A DNA stretch of 64,000 nt, from positions 5,236 through 69,235 of the forward strand of contig CAZFJX010000008.1 in assembly GCA_964519505.1 (NCBI GenBank), read 5' to 3'. The DNA comes from an uncultured Desulfurococcales archaeon. GTDB taxonomy: Archaea > Thermoproteota > Thermoprotei_A > Sulfolobales > CAZFJX01. Position numbers and translations under genes: made by a program. Below, piece after piece: positions 49,384-59,740 of this stretch. Below the pieces are notes generated by a model, which saw only the letters and a list, made by a program, of their open reading frames with translations, was not told the DNA's origin and did no database searches. Position 1 is the first letter of the stretch. Each line of letters begins with the position of its first letter.

Positions 49384-49849
49384 TAACGCAATCTCAAATA
49401 CCTCCCCTCTCATAGCTTTAAAACACATAAGTGTATTAGAGAAACTTAACCTCATATTTCAAAGAATAATTATTCCGCCAACAGTCATGAAGGAGTTAAG
49501 CATTAAGGAGAAAGAGTACTTTGGGGGCTTAAGCCTCTTATATATCGAGGAACCTCATGATAAGAGGTTAGTCACGGTGTTAAAAGCAATTGTTGATGAG
49601 GGTGAGGCTGAGGCAATAGCATTAGCTTTAGAGAAAGGGAGCCTACTAATAATAGACGACCTTAAAGGTAGGAGAATCGCGAAAAGGCTAGGTATAAGGA
49701 TCATAGGCACTTTAGGTCTACTAAAGCTCATGAAACTGAAAGGTATAATAAGTGAAGTTAAGCCCTTCATAAAGATACTCATAAATAAAGGTTTTTATGT
49801 GGATAGGGAGCTTATAGAACAATTACTAAAAGATGTAGGGGAGGCTTAA
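49349..49849 (+). CDS. DUF3368/PIN-domain (VapC-like) toxin
   Basis: SNTSPLI, VDEGEAEAIALA, IIDDLKGRRIA and IIGTLGLL motifs. Start codon uncertain. Confidence 0.85.
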   Translation: MLKNLLKKQRTNNAISNTSPLIALKHISVLEKLNLIFQRIIIPPTVMKELSIKEKEYFGGLSLLYIEEPHDKRLVTVLKAIVDEGEAEAIALALEKGSLLIIDDLKGRRIAKRLGIRIIGTLGLLKLMKLKGIISEVKPFIKILINKGFYVDRELIEQLLKDVGEA

Positions 49850-49890
49850 GAAAGTAATAATTATATAATCAGTAATGCGTTTTGTGCGAC

Positions 49891-52212
49891 CTACTCCTTT
49901 AATCTCTTAGATATTAAGATCACTATTAGTACAGATATTATGACTGCTATCGCTAATTTCGGGTCTATAGGTAGGCTAGGCCCTGCTGGTGTGGTTGTTT
50001 CTGTTGTGCTTGTTGGTGTTGTAGTTGGTGTGGTTGTTGATGTTGATGTGGTTGCTGGGGTTGTGGTCGTGGTTGTTGGTGGTTTAATGGTTATTTTCTC
50101 TTTGTATGTTGCTTTGTTCCCTGCTTTATCAGTAGCTACTATGATTACCTCGTAAGTTCCTGGCTTTAGCTTAATTGACTTAGTGCCCTCCTCCTCAACA
50201 CTTATTGATTCCTTACCCATGGTTAGGGTTACGTTACCTACCTCATAATTATCCTTCACTAACCACTTAATCGTTACTAAACCATCAGATACAGACACTT
50301 CAGCATCTATTACTGGGGGTTCGTTATCCACCATAACTACTAAGGGTATCTTAACGGAGGTTTCTGTTTTAGGTAATGGCCATGTATCCTTCACAACAAC
50401 CTCTATACCGTACTTACCTTCTTTTATGCCTTTAGGTATGGGTATGGTTATGTTCTCAATAACCTTACTGCATGGTTTTACAGTTACGTTAATTACTTTA
50501 GACCAACCGATCTCTTTAGGTGCCTTAATTAGAACAATATATTTCCTAGCTACGGCATTAGGGTTCTCTATAGCTATACCTACACTTACCTCATTACCCG
50601 CATAGACCTTAAACTCTTTACCTAATGCCTCGACCTTAGGTAGCTCAAGAAGTGGTGGTAGGGTATAGTTCGTATGTGGCTTAATTAGTGGGTACTTATC
50701 CGTCACTTTAGAGAATACATCAGAAGATACTAGAAGGAACGTGTACGGAATGTCTGATAACCCATCACCATCATTATCAGTAGCGTTTACGTTTAGACTC
50801 CAGTAATTACCTATGCGACTACGGAACTCCTTACCGCCATACACGTACGTTAATTCATCATCACTAAAGAACCTTACCATCTTAGAACCACTTAAGAAGG
50901 TATTCTCATGCACATTAATTACGCTATTCCCAAACATTAAGAGGTCGCTATCATAGACACCATCAACGGCGCTCCAACCCATGCCTCTAAACATATTCCT
51001 ATATATTATTATGTCCTTAGTCCTCGCTATCGATATACCGGACCCAACCCTACTTATGTTATTGTTATATATTACTATGTTCTTACTATCGACAACTGCT
51101 ATGGCTGATCTAGTCACTGTGATCTCGTTATTAAATATGGTTACGTTGGTGACCTCAGTAAGCGATATTGTCTCTATGGGGTTACTCACGAACCTATTAT
51201 TAGTTATTAGTATGTTGCTTGACCTAACTACATTTATAGCTACCCATAAACCAGTGAATGAGTAACCCTCAATGATTAATCGGCTAACGTTGTAAGCGAT
51301 TATCTGACCTACGGCCTCGTAAGTGTCTTTAAGGCTTGCCCACTCAAAGTCCTTATCCCTTAAGAATACTAGAGGCGCACCCCTCACGCTAACGTTCTTT
51401 ACGCTTACCTCAGGGATTGAGTCTATATCTATGAACTCTAACCCACCACCAAGTAATGTAGAGTCCTCAATGGCTACGTCCTTAACACCCCAAAGACTTA
51501 TATCCGCAACTAAACCAAAATGCTCTGCTAAGCTCTTAAGTATTAAGTTCCTTAAGGTAGCGTTCACTACCCCGGTAAGGTCTATACCTGTTGTATTTTC
51601 TGACTTAACACCATCTATAACTATGTTAGAGACCCCTTCAGCCTCTATAGCTTCATAAGCAGAGTTTATGATCTCGGTATTAACTATCGAGAGACCCTCC
51701 GACTTCTCAATACCGATACCCCTAACTGTGTAGTTGACCCATGAGTCCTTGATCAATATATCCCTTGATTCTACGATGTATATGCCTAGCACGGAGTCGT
51801 AGGTCTTAACCCCCTCTATAGTTATCGATGTGGAGTTCTCGATAATTATGTTGTATTTCTTAGCTCTAGTGAATGACAGTCCTGAAATAGTTATGTTGCG
51901 CGAATTCTTTATGTACACCACGAAGTCGTTTCTCCTATCAATATTTAGGGTTACGTTACCCTCACCAATAATTCCTAAGTCATGCTTATTCTCAATGTAT
52001 ATGAAGTCTATGTACGTACCATTACTAATAACTACAACATCCCCTGGCTCAGCCATAAATACAGCACCCCTAACGCTCGGGCAGTCTTGAGGAACCCTAA
52101 TAACCCTCCCAGAACCCCCTGAAGAAGCGTTAAGCGTTGGTAAGGTCATTAATACCGAGGTTAGTACCGTAATTATTAAGAACGTAGTTATTAGCTTCAG
52201 AGCTCTAGGCAT
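49891..52212 (-). CDS. NosD/CASH right-handed beta-helix cell-surface protein
   Basis: Signal peptide; repeated IxIxNSxNIxI coils; GNYWS...DNDGDGLSDIPY; Ig-like C-terminal domains; Thr-rich linker, TM and KRLKE tail. Confidence 0.85.
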   Translation of the reverse strand: MPRALKLITTFLIITVLTSVLMTLPTLNASSGGSGRVIRVPQDCPSVRGAVFMAEPGDVVVISNGTYIDFIYIENKHDLGIIGEGNVTLNIDRRNDFVVYIKNSRNITISGLSFTRAKKYNIIIENSTSITIEGVKTYDSVLGIYIVESRDILIKDSWVNYTVRGIGIEKSEGLSIVNTEIINSAYEAIEAEGVSNIVIDGVKSENTTGIDLTGVVNATLRNLILKSLAEHFGLVADISLWGVKDVAIEDSTLLGGGLEFIDIDSIPEVSVKNVSVRGAPLVFLRDKDFEWASLKDTYEAVGQIIAYNVSRLIIEGYSFTGLWVAINVVRSSNILITNNRFVSNPIETISLTEVTNVTIFNNEITVTRSAIAVVDSKNIVIYNNNISRVGSGISIARTKDIIIYRNMFRGMGWSAVDGVYDSDLLMFGNSVINVHENTFLSGSKMVRFFSDDELTYVYGGKEFRSRIGNYWSLNVNATDNDGDGLSDIPYTFLLVSSDVFSKVTDKYPLIKPHTNYTLPPLLELPKVEALGKEFKVYAGNEVSVGIAIENPNAVARKYIVLIKAPKEIGWSKVINVTVKPCSKVIENITIPIPKGIKEGKYGIEVVVKDTWPLPKTETSVKIPLVVMVDNEPPVIDAEVSVSDGLVTIKWLVKDNYEVGNVTLTMGKESISVEEEGTKSIKLKPGTYEVIIVATDKAGNKATYKEKITIKPPTTTTTTPATTSTSTTTPTTTPTSTTETTTPAGPSLPIDPKLAIAVIISVLIVILISKRLKE

Positions 52213-52285
52213 ACGTACACCGATTAATCTTACCCCGAATAAATTTAATTAAATTTAATCAAGGATTCACCTTAAGAGCTATACA

Positions 52286-52970
52286 TTACTTACGTAGAAC
52301 CAACTTAGTAAGGAACCCCTTATATATCACTTCGTGTGAGCACCCAACTAGCTCTAGCTCCTTACGTATATAGCCAGACCCGAATTCCCTTCTTGGGATG
52401 CCGTGCATTAACCCTGCAAGCTTAAGGTACCTGACTGATACCTTAAACTCCTTTGAGAACTCTCTAGCTTCTTCAGGACTTATATCGTGTGAGAATTCGT
52501 AAATCCATGCCTCACACCCGTTCTTTAAGACCCTAACACACTCCTTAAAGACCTCATGAGGCCTCCTTATGTGGTGAAGAGTTCCAGTACTGACTATGAG
52601 GTTAATACCATTATCCCTAAATGGTAATTTATGAGCATCGCCTAAAACTAAATCTACGTAGCCATGCAGACCTGCACGCCTAGTCTTCTACTTACCTAAC
52701 TCAAGCATAGCTAACGATATATCTAAACCTACAGCGTGAACCCTAACCTTCCCTAATAACTTAATAATTAATGACCCAACACCACAACCCACATCAACAA
52801 CTACACCCCTAGACTCAACCACACTCATGACTTCATGAGCTACATAAGCATGAATAGGATCAAGAAACCTAGCAGCTATTGAGTTATATATGTATGATGG
52901 TCCTCTGGGTATTCCTTGCTTCCACTTCTGAATCGAGGTAAATAATCTATTAAGCTTAAAGCAATACTGT
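52286..52970 (-). pseudogene. Class I SAM-dependent methyltransferase pseudogene (absent from the ORF track)
   Basis: The minus-strand frame reads VVDVGCGVG...VGLDISLAMLELGK*KTRR...LGDAHKLPF...STGTLHH...RVLKNG to TAA at 52288-52286. It has an in-frame TAG at 52690-52688 and no in-frame start, so a 5' frameshift is likely. Confidence 0.85.
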
Positions 52971-53163
52971 TTAATAAGCCCACAATGACATACCCATCAA
53001 ATACTTAGGTTTAAGGCTAAATTAACTAACGTATATAAATACTCATTAGAGAGGTCTAACTAAATCTCACTGTGCTCAGTGAGTACTTATCTACAGACCC
53101 TGTTAAGGCTAATTAAAGCAAGATATATAAGTATAGTCTATATAGGTATACGCTGGTGGATGA

Positions 53164-53778
53164 ATGAAGTTCTTCAAGTTAGGGTTTATAGGAATATTGA
53201 TTATGGCGCTTATTTTTGCTAGCATCAGTGTTGCTGCTTATAAGGGAGTTCTAAACGAAGTTACTGTTAAAGTAGCAGGAACTACTTATAAAGTAATCAT
53301 TGATCAAGTTAAGGACCCGATAGTCAGTAAGCCATTCGACACCAAGAACTTCTTCTTAGTATATTTAGAGAAGGCAGCTAAATACATACCTAAGAACTAC
53401 ATAAATATATGGGAAGCTAAACCAGCGAAAGACAATGAAGGTAGTATGAAGATTTATGTGGTTGAGGTCAAGGTAATCAGAGTAGAGAAGCCCGTATCAG
53501 GTACTTTAAGTCCAGGAGCCTATGATGCGTATGGCCCATTTAGCTCAACTGAACATATATTTGTTGATGTAACTTGGACCCCTACAAATCAACGTTTAGG
53601 TATAGTGTTAGTGGATGTTGAAGCAGGTATTGGTTATGGGTATTGGTACGAAGAAGGTGAGGCACATGCGAGCTTCGATACTTTCTGGTATAGGACTTAC
53701 TACATAGTAATTATAGCTAGTCAATACAATACTGAAGATCTAACTTATGAAGGTACCATAACCTTATACATAGTTTAA
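53164..53778 (+). CDS. Hypothetical secreted protein
   Basis: Signal peptide MKFFKLGFIGILIMALIFASISVAA; beta-rich C-terminal domain. Confidence 0.7.
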   Translation: MKFFKLGFIGILIMALIFASISVAAYKGVLNEVTVKVAGTTYKVIIDQVKDPIVSKPFDTKNFFLVYLEKAAKYIPKNYINIWEAKPAKDNEGSMKIYVVEVKVIRVEKPVSGTLSPGAYDAYGPFSSTEHIFVDVTWTPTNQRLGIVLVDVEAGIGYGYWYEEGEAHASFDTFWYRTYYIVIIASQYNTEDLTYEGTITLYIV

Positions 53779-53855
53779 TCACCTTCAAGTCTAAACCTTG
53801 TTTAACTCATGAGGCACGCCAGATAATTAAGGACTTTATGGAAAAAGGTGTTTAA

Positions 53856-54692
53856 TTAGGTTGGTCTAAAAATTATGTTGTAAGCTCTATGGCATATTGG
53901 TTTACTGAATTCTTCCAATGTTCTTAGGTCTGCGTATGCTTTCACGAATTCCCATCCTGACTTTTTCGCTAGGTTAACTAACTCATGGATTGAGTATACC
54001 CTTTGAGAGGACTCTAACTCATCTAAGAATACTAAGTCATTACCCTTCTCTTCATAGAACCTCCATCTAGATATGTATCTTGAGTTAGTTAGGTCTAGCT
54101 TGGAGTACTCTATTAATAAGCCTTCATCAAGCTTCATTACCGATACTAACACCCTATGAGTACTGAATAATGTTACTAAATAATCCCTATTAACGTGGTT
54201 TAGAATCATTAACTTACCTTCATTATTAACGAGCCCCCTACATTTAGTTAGTATTTTGAGGTCTGTATCTTCATCGTAGTAACCAAGTACTGATGTCCAG
54301 TAAAAGATTATGGCATCAAAAGACCTCCCCTGCGGGCATCTATCTAACTCCCTAGCATCACAAACTAAGAACTCTACATCAACCCCTAGCTCTCTAGACC
54401 TTCTCTTAGCATCTTCAATATATGTAGGCGATATGTCTATACCCGTAACCCTATAGCCTAGCTTAGCTAAGTTAATAGCTATCCTACCATTGCCACAACC
54501 AACCTCAAGGATACTAGAGCCTTTACTTACCCCATGAACATCAAGAATTTTTGAAACAAGCTTAGCCTCCTCAAAAGCAGTCCTCCACTTAGCGCTCATT
54601 AACTTAAGGGAGAGCTTAGAGTTTTTAATGAAGAACTCATGAACCCAACCCGTACATCCCTCAACACCTATCAAGACTAAACCGAAGCCCAT
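53856..54692 (-). CDS. Class I SAM-dependent methyltransferase
   Basis: ILEVGCGNGR, VTGIDIS, CDAR, FDAII and SQRVYSIHEL motifs. Confidence 0.88.
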   Translation of the reverse strand: MGFGLVLIGVEGCTGWVHEFFIKNSKLSLKLMSAKWRTAFEEAKLVSKILDVHGVSKGSSILEVGCGNGRIAINLAKLGYRVTGIDISPTYIEDAKRRSRELGVDVEFLVCDARELDRCPQGRSFDAIIFYWTSVLGYYDEDTDLKILTKCRGLVNNEGKLMILNHVNRDYLVTLFSTHRVLVSVMKLDEGLLIEYSKLDLTNSRYISRWRFYEEKGNDLVFLDELESSQRVYSIHELVNLAKKSGWEFVKAYADLRTLEEFSKPICHRAYNIIFRPT

Positions 54693-54733
54693 TAATTTAA
54701 ACCTTACTATCTACATTAAGGTAGGTAAAGTAC

Positions 54734-55537
54734 TTGATTAAGGTGTTAAGAATGCGGTTATTTAGGTTAGGTAGAGGGGAGCCTATTGTTGATCCATGGA
54801 AGTACTTCGTTAGTGATAAACCCTTACCGAGCAATAGAGTCGTAATGGTGTTTACTTCTAGGTTACTTAATGTGGCTAAGAGAACTTTACGTAACGTTAA
54901 TAGGTTAAGGCGTGGTGAGTTAATAGCCGTTAAGGAAGGTATTGTGGGTGAGTTTGATGGTGAGAAGGTAATAGTAGTCTTACCTTATATTGGCGCACCC
55001 GCTAGTGCTATGGTTTTAGAGACCTTAATAGTTAATGGTGGTAAAGTATTTATCGCCTTAGGACTTGCTGGAGCTATAAAGAGATCTATACGTATAGGTG
55101 ATGTTGTTATACCTACATGGGGTATTAGGGAGGAGGGCACTAGCTATCACTATATGCCCCCAGAGTACGTACCTAGACCGGATGATGAGCTAGCTAACGC
55201 ACTATATGACGAGATACTTAACATTGGTAAGCCCATGAAGATAAATGTCGTTAAGGGTGGCGTTTGGAGTGTTGACGCCCCGTCACGTGAGACTAGGGAT
55301 AAGGTCATTAAGTACTCAAGGAAAGGGGTCTTAGCTGTGGATATGGAGTCTACAGCCTTAATGACCGTAGCTAAGTACTATGGTGTGAAGTTAGCGGTTG
55401 TTTTGGCAATATCTGATGAGCTATATGGGAAGGGATGGAGGCATGGATTTAAGTCAAGGAGGTTAATTAAGGCTGAAAAGGTAATTATGGAGGCTACCCT
55501 TAGGGTATTAACCCGATCCGATTTAGTTACTGCATGA
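54734..55537 (+). CDS. Nucleoside phosphorylase (PNP/UDP family 1)
   Basis: IGAPASAMVLE, GLAGAI, IREEGTSYHY, WSVDA and AVDMEST motifs. Confidence 0.88.
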   Translation: MIKVLRMRLFRLGRGEPIVDPWKYFVSDKPLPSNRVVMVFTSRLLNVAKRTLRNVNRLRRGELIAVKEGIVGEFDGEKVIVVLPYIGAPASAMVLETLIVNGGKVFIALGLAGAIKRSIRIGDVVIPTWGIREEGTSYHYMPPEYVPRPDDELANALYDEILNIGKPMKINVVKGGVWSVDAPSRETRDKVIKYSRKGVLAVDMESTALMTVAKYYGVKLAVVLAISDELYGKGWRHGFKSRRLIKAEKVIMEATLRVLTRSDLVTA

Positions 55538-55548
55538 GGTATTCATAA

Positions 55549-56724
55549 TTAATGCTTCATTCTCTGATAGGCGAATAGTAGTAATGATATGGTTATGAAG
55601 AGGGCTAGACTTACTAGGTATGGTAGTGTTGGCTTTATGTACGCTAAGAAACCAGCTATTGCTGGCGTTACTAAGTTTATTAGTCTTCGGTAACTAGACA
55701 GTGCTGCCAATAAGCTACTAGCCTTCTCCTTAGGTATCTTACTAAAGATCCAGGACCTATAGAACGGGAATGCTAGGACATCACCAAACCTAGCTATTGA
55801 GTAAGCTAAGACAGTCATGATGAATGGTGGGTTAAGAAACATTATTAAAGCCCATAGGGAGATTAGTAGGTAGCCTATGGCTATGGCTTCAAACCTATGT
55901 TTAGTACTTAGATGCTCCGATACGTAGGTAGCTACTATAGACGCTATAGATATGGCTGCCTCAACAACCATAACCTCAAATAGCGTTAACCCAAGTACGT
56001 TAACTACGTAGTTAAGTAGGACTATCTCAGGCGCTAATGCCCAAGCGAGCGTCATTAAAGCCTCAATAACCAGTATTAACTTAAACTCAGCATCAATCCT
56101 AAACCTAAAACCTTTAGCACTAACTCTCTCCTCAACATCTATTTTAGGTAGGCATGTGAGTAAGTAGGTTATGGTTATGAGTGATGAAAGACCTATAGCT
56201 ATAAAGCCTAATCTATAACCCTCAGGTGTGGTAAGTACGTAACCGAAGACATAGCCTAAAACCAGGAAACCAACTAACTGACTTACTTCAGGTAACCTAA
56301 TATGCCAGGCGAAGATCTCCTCCATCTTATCCTCAGGATATAGCACCCTCTCAGCGGCTTGGTATAGGGGGTAGAACATGCCTGCTACCTCATCAATGAT
56401 TAAACCTAGGAAGAGCATTAGTGGGGCTATAGGTCCGTAAGCAAGTCCGAAAAGTATGGATGAGGTACCTTCGAGAGCGTCTATCAGTACTAAGCCATGC
56501 CTTATGGGGATTCTATCGAACAACTTACCTATTAGGTACGTAATAGGTATTGAAGCTATGTGAACAGCAGTAAACACTATACCTACGTCAAGTATGTTGT
56601 AACCAGTCATGAACATATACATAGGTAACATATACCAGGTAATCAATAACGGAGATACTATGACGTGGTAAATTATATATCTACGTGCGTTAGAAGGAAT
56701 CTCACTCCACTTCACTAGAATCAC
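55549..56724 (-). CDS. MFS transporter
   Basis: About 12 hydrophobic segments; GKLFDRIP loop motif. Confidence 0.8.
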   Translation of the reverse strand: MILVKWSEIPSNARRYIIYHVIVSPLLITWYMLPMYMFMTGYNILDVGIVFTAVHIASIPITYLIGKLFDRIPIRHGLVLIDALEGTSSILFGLAYGPIAPLMLFLGLIIDEVAGMFYPLYQAAERVLYPEDKMEEIFAWHIRLPEVSQLVGFLVLGYVFGYVLTTPEGYRLGFIAIGLSSLITITYLLTCLPKIDVEERVSAKGFRFRIDAEFKLILVIEALMTLAWALAPEIVLLNYVVNVLGLTLFEVMVVEAAISIASIVATYVSEHLSTKHRFEAIAIGYLLISLWALIMFLNPPFIMTVLAYSIARFGDVLAFPFYRSWIFSKIPKEKASSLLAALSSYRRLINLVTPAIAGFLAYIKPTLPYLVSLALFITISLLLFAYQRMKH

Positions 56725-56907
56725 CTAAATACCTATTTAGTGGGGGAAACACCACTAATACTCCATGTAAAACACCTTACGTATATATAACTGATTAATC
56801 ACACCATATAAAGTTTTCCTTGAAAATACCCAACTAAATGTTAGTACTGTCCTTACGTAACCTAGGTAAAACAACTATGAATGATTATACCTAATGCCTA
56901 GTGCTGG

Positions 56908-57495
56908 CTACGTACTTGTGCCTATGAGCCCTTCCTGCCTATAGTACTTAGTCGCTGGGCATGCATAGCACTTACCTTCCTTATATAGTGGGCATTTCCC
57001 ACATAGCATACCACATGGCGCTGCCTCCCCCTTCTTACTTACGACCTTAACAGGGACGTAGTTAGGTGTTATTAGCTCTCTAGACACAAGTACTTCACTC
57101 CTCCTTATGCCTTTATGCGTTCTCACGACACATATATTCATACATGACTCAAGGATATCCATATTTTCAAAAGCCATGACGGCTATATACCCCATACCCC
57201 CTATGAGTGGTGCTAACAATACTATTCTGGGGCAGTTCTTAAGTTTGTGTGCTATGTTCTTGAAGTACGTGTAGCTCTCTAACTCAGTAATTACTATTGC
57301 ATAGACAAACATTTTTGAGTTCAGTAACGCACTTACCTTAATTATACCCTCAGACATTAACTTTTGTAACTTCTTCCTAACAGCTACGTGACTAATTCCT
57401 AACTCCTTACCTAAGGACGTAAGAGTTTTCCTACCGTCCTCTTGAAGTAGCTCGATAAGCCTTAAGTCACTCCTCTCTAGACTCATCGCCCCCAC
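56908..57495 (-). CDS. Lrp/AsnC family regulator with C-terminal Cys4 domain
   Basis: DLRLIELLQEDGRKTLTSLGKELGISHVAVRKKL HTH; C-terminal CGMLCGKCPLYKEGKCYAC. Confidence 0.85.
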   Translation of the reverse strand: MGAMSLERSDLRLIELLQEDGRKTLTSLGKELGISHVAVRKKLQKLMSEGIIKVSALLNSKMFVYAIVITELESYTYFKNIAHKLKNCPRIVLLAPLIGGMGYIAVMAFENMDILESCMNICVVRTHKGIRRSEVLVSRELITPNYVPVKVVSKKGEAAPCGMLCGKCPLYKEGKCYACPATKYYRQEGLIGTST

Positions 57496-57561
57496 CTAAG
57501 CACTATATTTACATAGGTACTGATTAATCTATGTTCAAGCTCATGGAGTTACCAAGTTACA

Positions 57562-58371
57562 CTATATAATACCCATCTTCCTTAAGGCATCGATAGCCAC
57601 ATATAGCCCAGCACCTATTATGGCCAATGCATATATGAGCCTCAGTACCCACGGTGGTGATTTAGCTGATAACTTAGCACCTGCCCATGAAGCTATGAGT
57701 GTCGGTACACCTACTAGCAGGAATAGTAATGGGTACATAAACCCATTAATAGTCAGTACTGTTGAGCCTAAACCAGCTACTGGTAGCATCTGGATGCTTG
57801 AAGTACCTACAGCAACGTGAGTTGGGTACCCTAACCCCATAAATATAGGTACGAAGTATATGCCACCACCGAAGCCGCAGAGCCCTGTAGCGAAACCTGC
57901 TAAGAACATTAGTAGCGCTAGCTTAGCCCCATGCTCAAGGGTCTTAACGGCTTCAACAGTAACTCTCTTAACTAACACCTTCCTAGCTCTTAAGGTCTTA
58001 TAGATTACGTAGATACCTATACCTACACATACGAAACCAAAGAATACCCTTAGTGGCATGGCGGGTATATACTTAGCGACTATATAGGCACTTATAGAGA
58101 CCCCAACCATAGCGCTTAAAGCAGCAACTACGAACCCCTTCATATATACATGCTTCTCCTTAACATGAACAATAACTCCAGGGATTGTTGTTAGAGCTAC
58201 CACTGCTTGATTGATACAGTATGCTGTCTTTATCGGTACACCAAAAAGATATATCAACATAGGTATCCTTAAGAAACAACCACCGACACCTAACCATGTC
58301 GATAACAACCCGGGAATTAAGGCAGTTAGTAACACGTAAACCCATGTGATTGGGGAACCTAGATCTATCAC
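57562..58371 (-). CDS. TauE/SafE family sulfite/organosulfur exporter
   Basis: GVGGCFLRIPML and GFGGGIYFVP...AVGTS duplicated repeat. Confidence 0.85.
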   Translation of the reverse strand: MIDLGSPITWVYVLLTALIPGLLSTWLGVGGCFLRIPMLIYLFGVPIKTAYCINQAVVALTTIPGVIVHVKEKHVYMKGFVVAALSAMVGVSISAYIVAKYIPAMPLRVFFGFVCVGIGIYVIYKTLRARKVLVKRVTVEAVKTLEHGAKLALLMFLAGFATGLCGFGGGIYFVPIFMGLGYPTHVAVGTSSIQMLPVAGLGSTVLTINGFMYPLLFLLVGVPTLIASWAGAKLSAKSPPWVLRLIYALAIIGAGLYVAIDALRKMGII

Positions 58372-58453
58372 ACAATCACCAAGGAAATTATGAGTACAAA
58401 TTTAAAAATGTAATGTTTGTAACCAGTCTCACTAAGTAAATGTTATCTTTATG

Positions 58454-59050
58454 CTAATATTTAGTTTCAGATTTTAACCAGTAACCATAGATAAGACTAG
58501 CTAACTCGATAAGTCTTGCGGCATGCTTTTCCAGATCCTTAAACACTCTCTTATCCTTAAGTACCTCACGGTGCTTAAAACCTATACCCATGACCCCTCT
58601 ATCACCTATAACCATCTTATGTTTTAAGGCCCAGTTATGTATGGCTACTAACGCTGAATCTAGCCCATAACCCCTTCCTACGACTACGCAGCCTAAAACC
58701 TTATTCCTTAACTTACCCCTTAAGCACCACGTGCGATCCATAAAGACCTTAGTAAGTGATGTAACATTATCGAAGTACACTGGCGACGCGATTACCAATA
58801 TATGTGACTGAAGTATATCTGGTGTAACAATATTGGTCATGTCATCATGAATACAGCACTCACCTAACTCCAAACATTTCCTACATCCATAGCACGGCTC
58901 TATATGTAAGTCCTTCAACTTTACCTTGCGTACATAAACACCGTAATCACGTAGCCTACCCAATAAGTAATCAAGGAGTATATCAGTATTTCCCCCATCT
59001 CTAAAACTCCCTAAAATACCTAAAGCCCTTAAAACCATACCACTAACCAC
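58454..59050 (-). CDS. Iron-sulfur flavoprotein / flavodoxin family protein
   Basis: GSFRDGGNT, CYGCRKC...C...DDM, ASPVYFDNVT and MDR motifs. Confidence 0.88.
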   Translation of the reverse strand: MVSGMVLRALGILGSFRDGGNTDILLDYLLGRLRDYGVYVRKVKLKDLHIEPCYGCRKCLELGECCIHDDMTNIVTPDILQSHILVIASPVYFDNVTSLTKVFMDRTWCLRGKLRNKVLGCVVVGRGYGLDSALVAIHNWALKHKMVIGDRGVMGIGFKHREVLKDKRVFKDLEKHAARLIELASLIYGYWLKSETKY

Positions 59051-59108
59051 TCAAAATATAGCATATAGGTCTTTAAGTATTAATTACTTACTAAACTTCA
59101 TCATGCTT

Positions 59109-59534
59109 TTAAAGGCTCTTCCTTTCCTTCCTACCTAACTCATCTCTAAAGCACCATATACCTTCACCAAAGTCTAGTAGAACAACCTTTAGTTTACTTA
59201 AGAGTTTATCATTAAGTAAGACATACCTAGCGGTAGGTAGTGTAAGGACCGAACACATCACAGGGCCCTCAACCCTATCCTCCGTGAGTACATAGACTTT
59301 TACTGACTTCCTGTACTTCATTAAGGTTACCTCTCTCCCATCCCCCGTTATCTTAACATGCACCTTAGGCTTCTGTACCTTATGTAGTTCAAGTTCTCGG
59401 GCTATATGAGAAGGCATGAGTATTTCTGGTTCTGCACCCACGAACCCGCTATTAGCTATGCCTATAACCTCAATATGGGCACCACTATCTATTCTCTCTA
59501 TCCTTACTTTCAGTCTTAACACGGTACTCACCAA
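59109..59534 (-). CDS. Retropepsin-fold (clan AA-like) protein with NSG in place of DTG
   Basis: IANSGF...ILMP...ARELEL...VLLNDKLL pattern; paralogue at 62894-63328. Confidence 0.6.
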   Translation of the reverse strand: MVSTVLRLKVRIERIDSGAHIEVIGIANSGFVGAEPEILMPSHIARELELHKVQKPKVHVKITGDGREVTLMKYRKSVKVYVLTEDRVEGPVMCSVLTLPTARYVLLNDKLLSKLKVVLLDFGEGIWCFRDELGRKERKSL

Positions 59535-59542
59535 TATCTAAG

Positions 59543-59602
59543 TCAATTAGGGTTAACAATAGCTCCTCCTCATCAATTAAGGTTAGTAAGACCTCCTCCA
59601 TA
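59543..59602. repeat. Degenerate 30-bp tandem duplication
   Basis: 59543-59572 and 59573-59602 share 23 of 30 positions. Confidence 0.6.
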
Positions 59603-59740
59603 ACCCCCATATACTTTAAGGCGCTATAGAGTTAATTAACCTTAACCAGAATAGCCTCTTTCATATGCGTGACTTAGTTCATCCTTTAGTTATTGATGAG
59701 GTTAGTAATGCTGGTGTTCTTGAAGCAACATCACACCAAT

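Noticed and set aside
52688-52690. Pyrrolysine read-through of the amber codon
   Set aside because: No pyl genes in the window, the site is not catalytic, and the gene also lacks an in-frame start; simple nonsense mutation or error is more likely.
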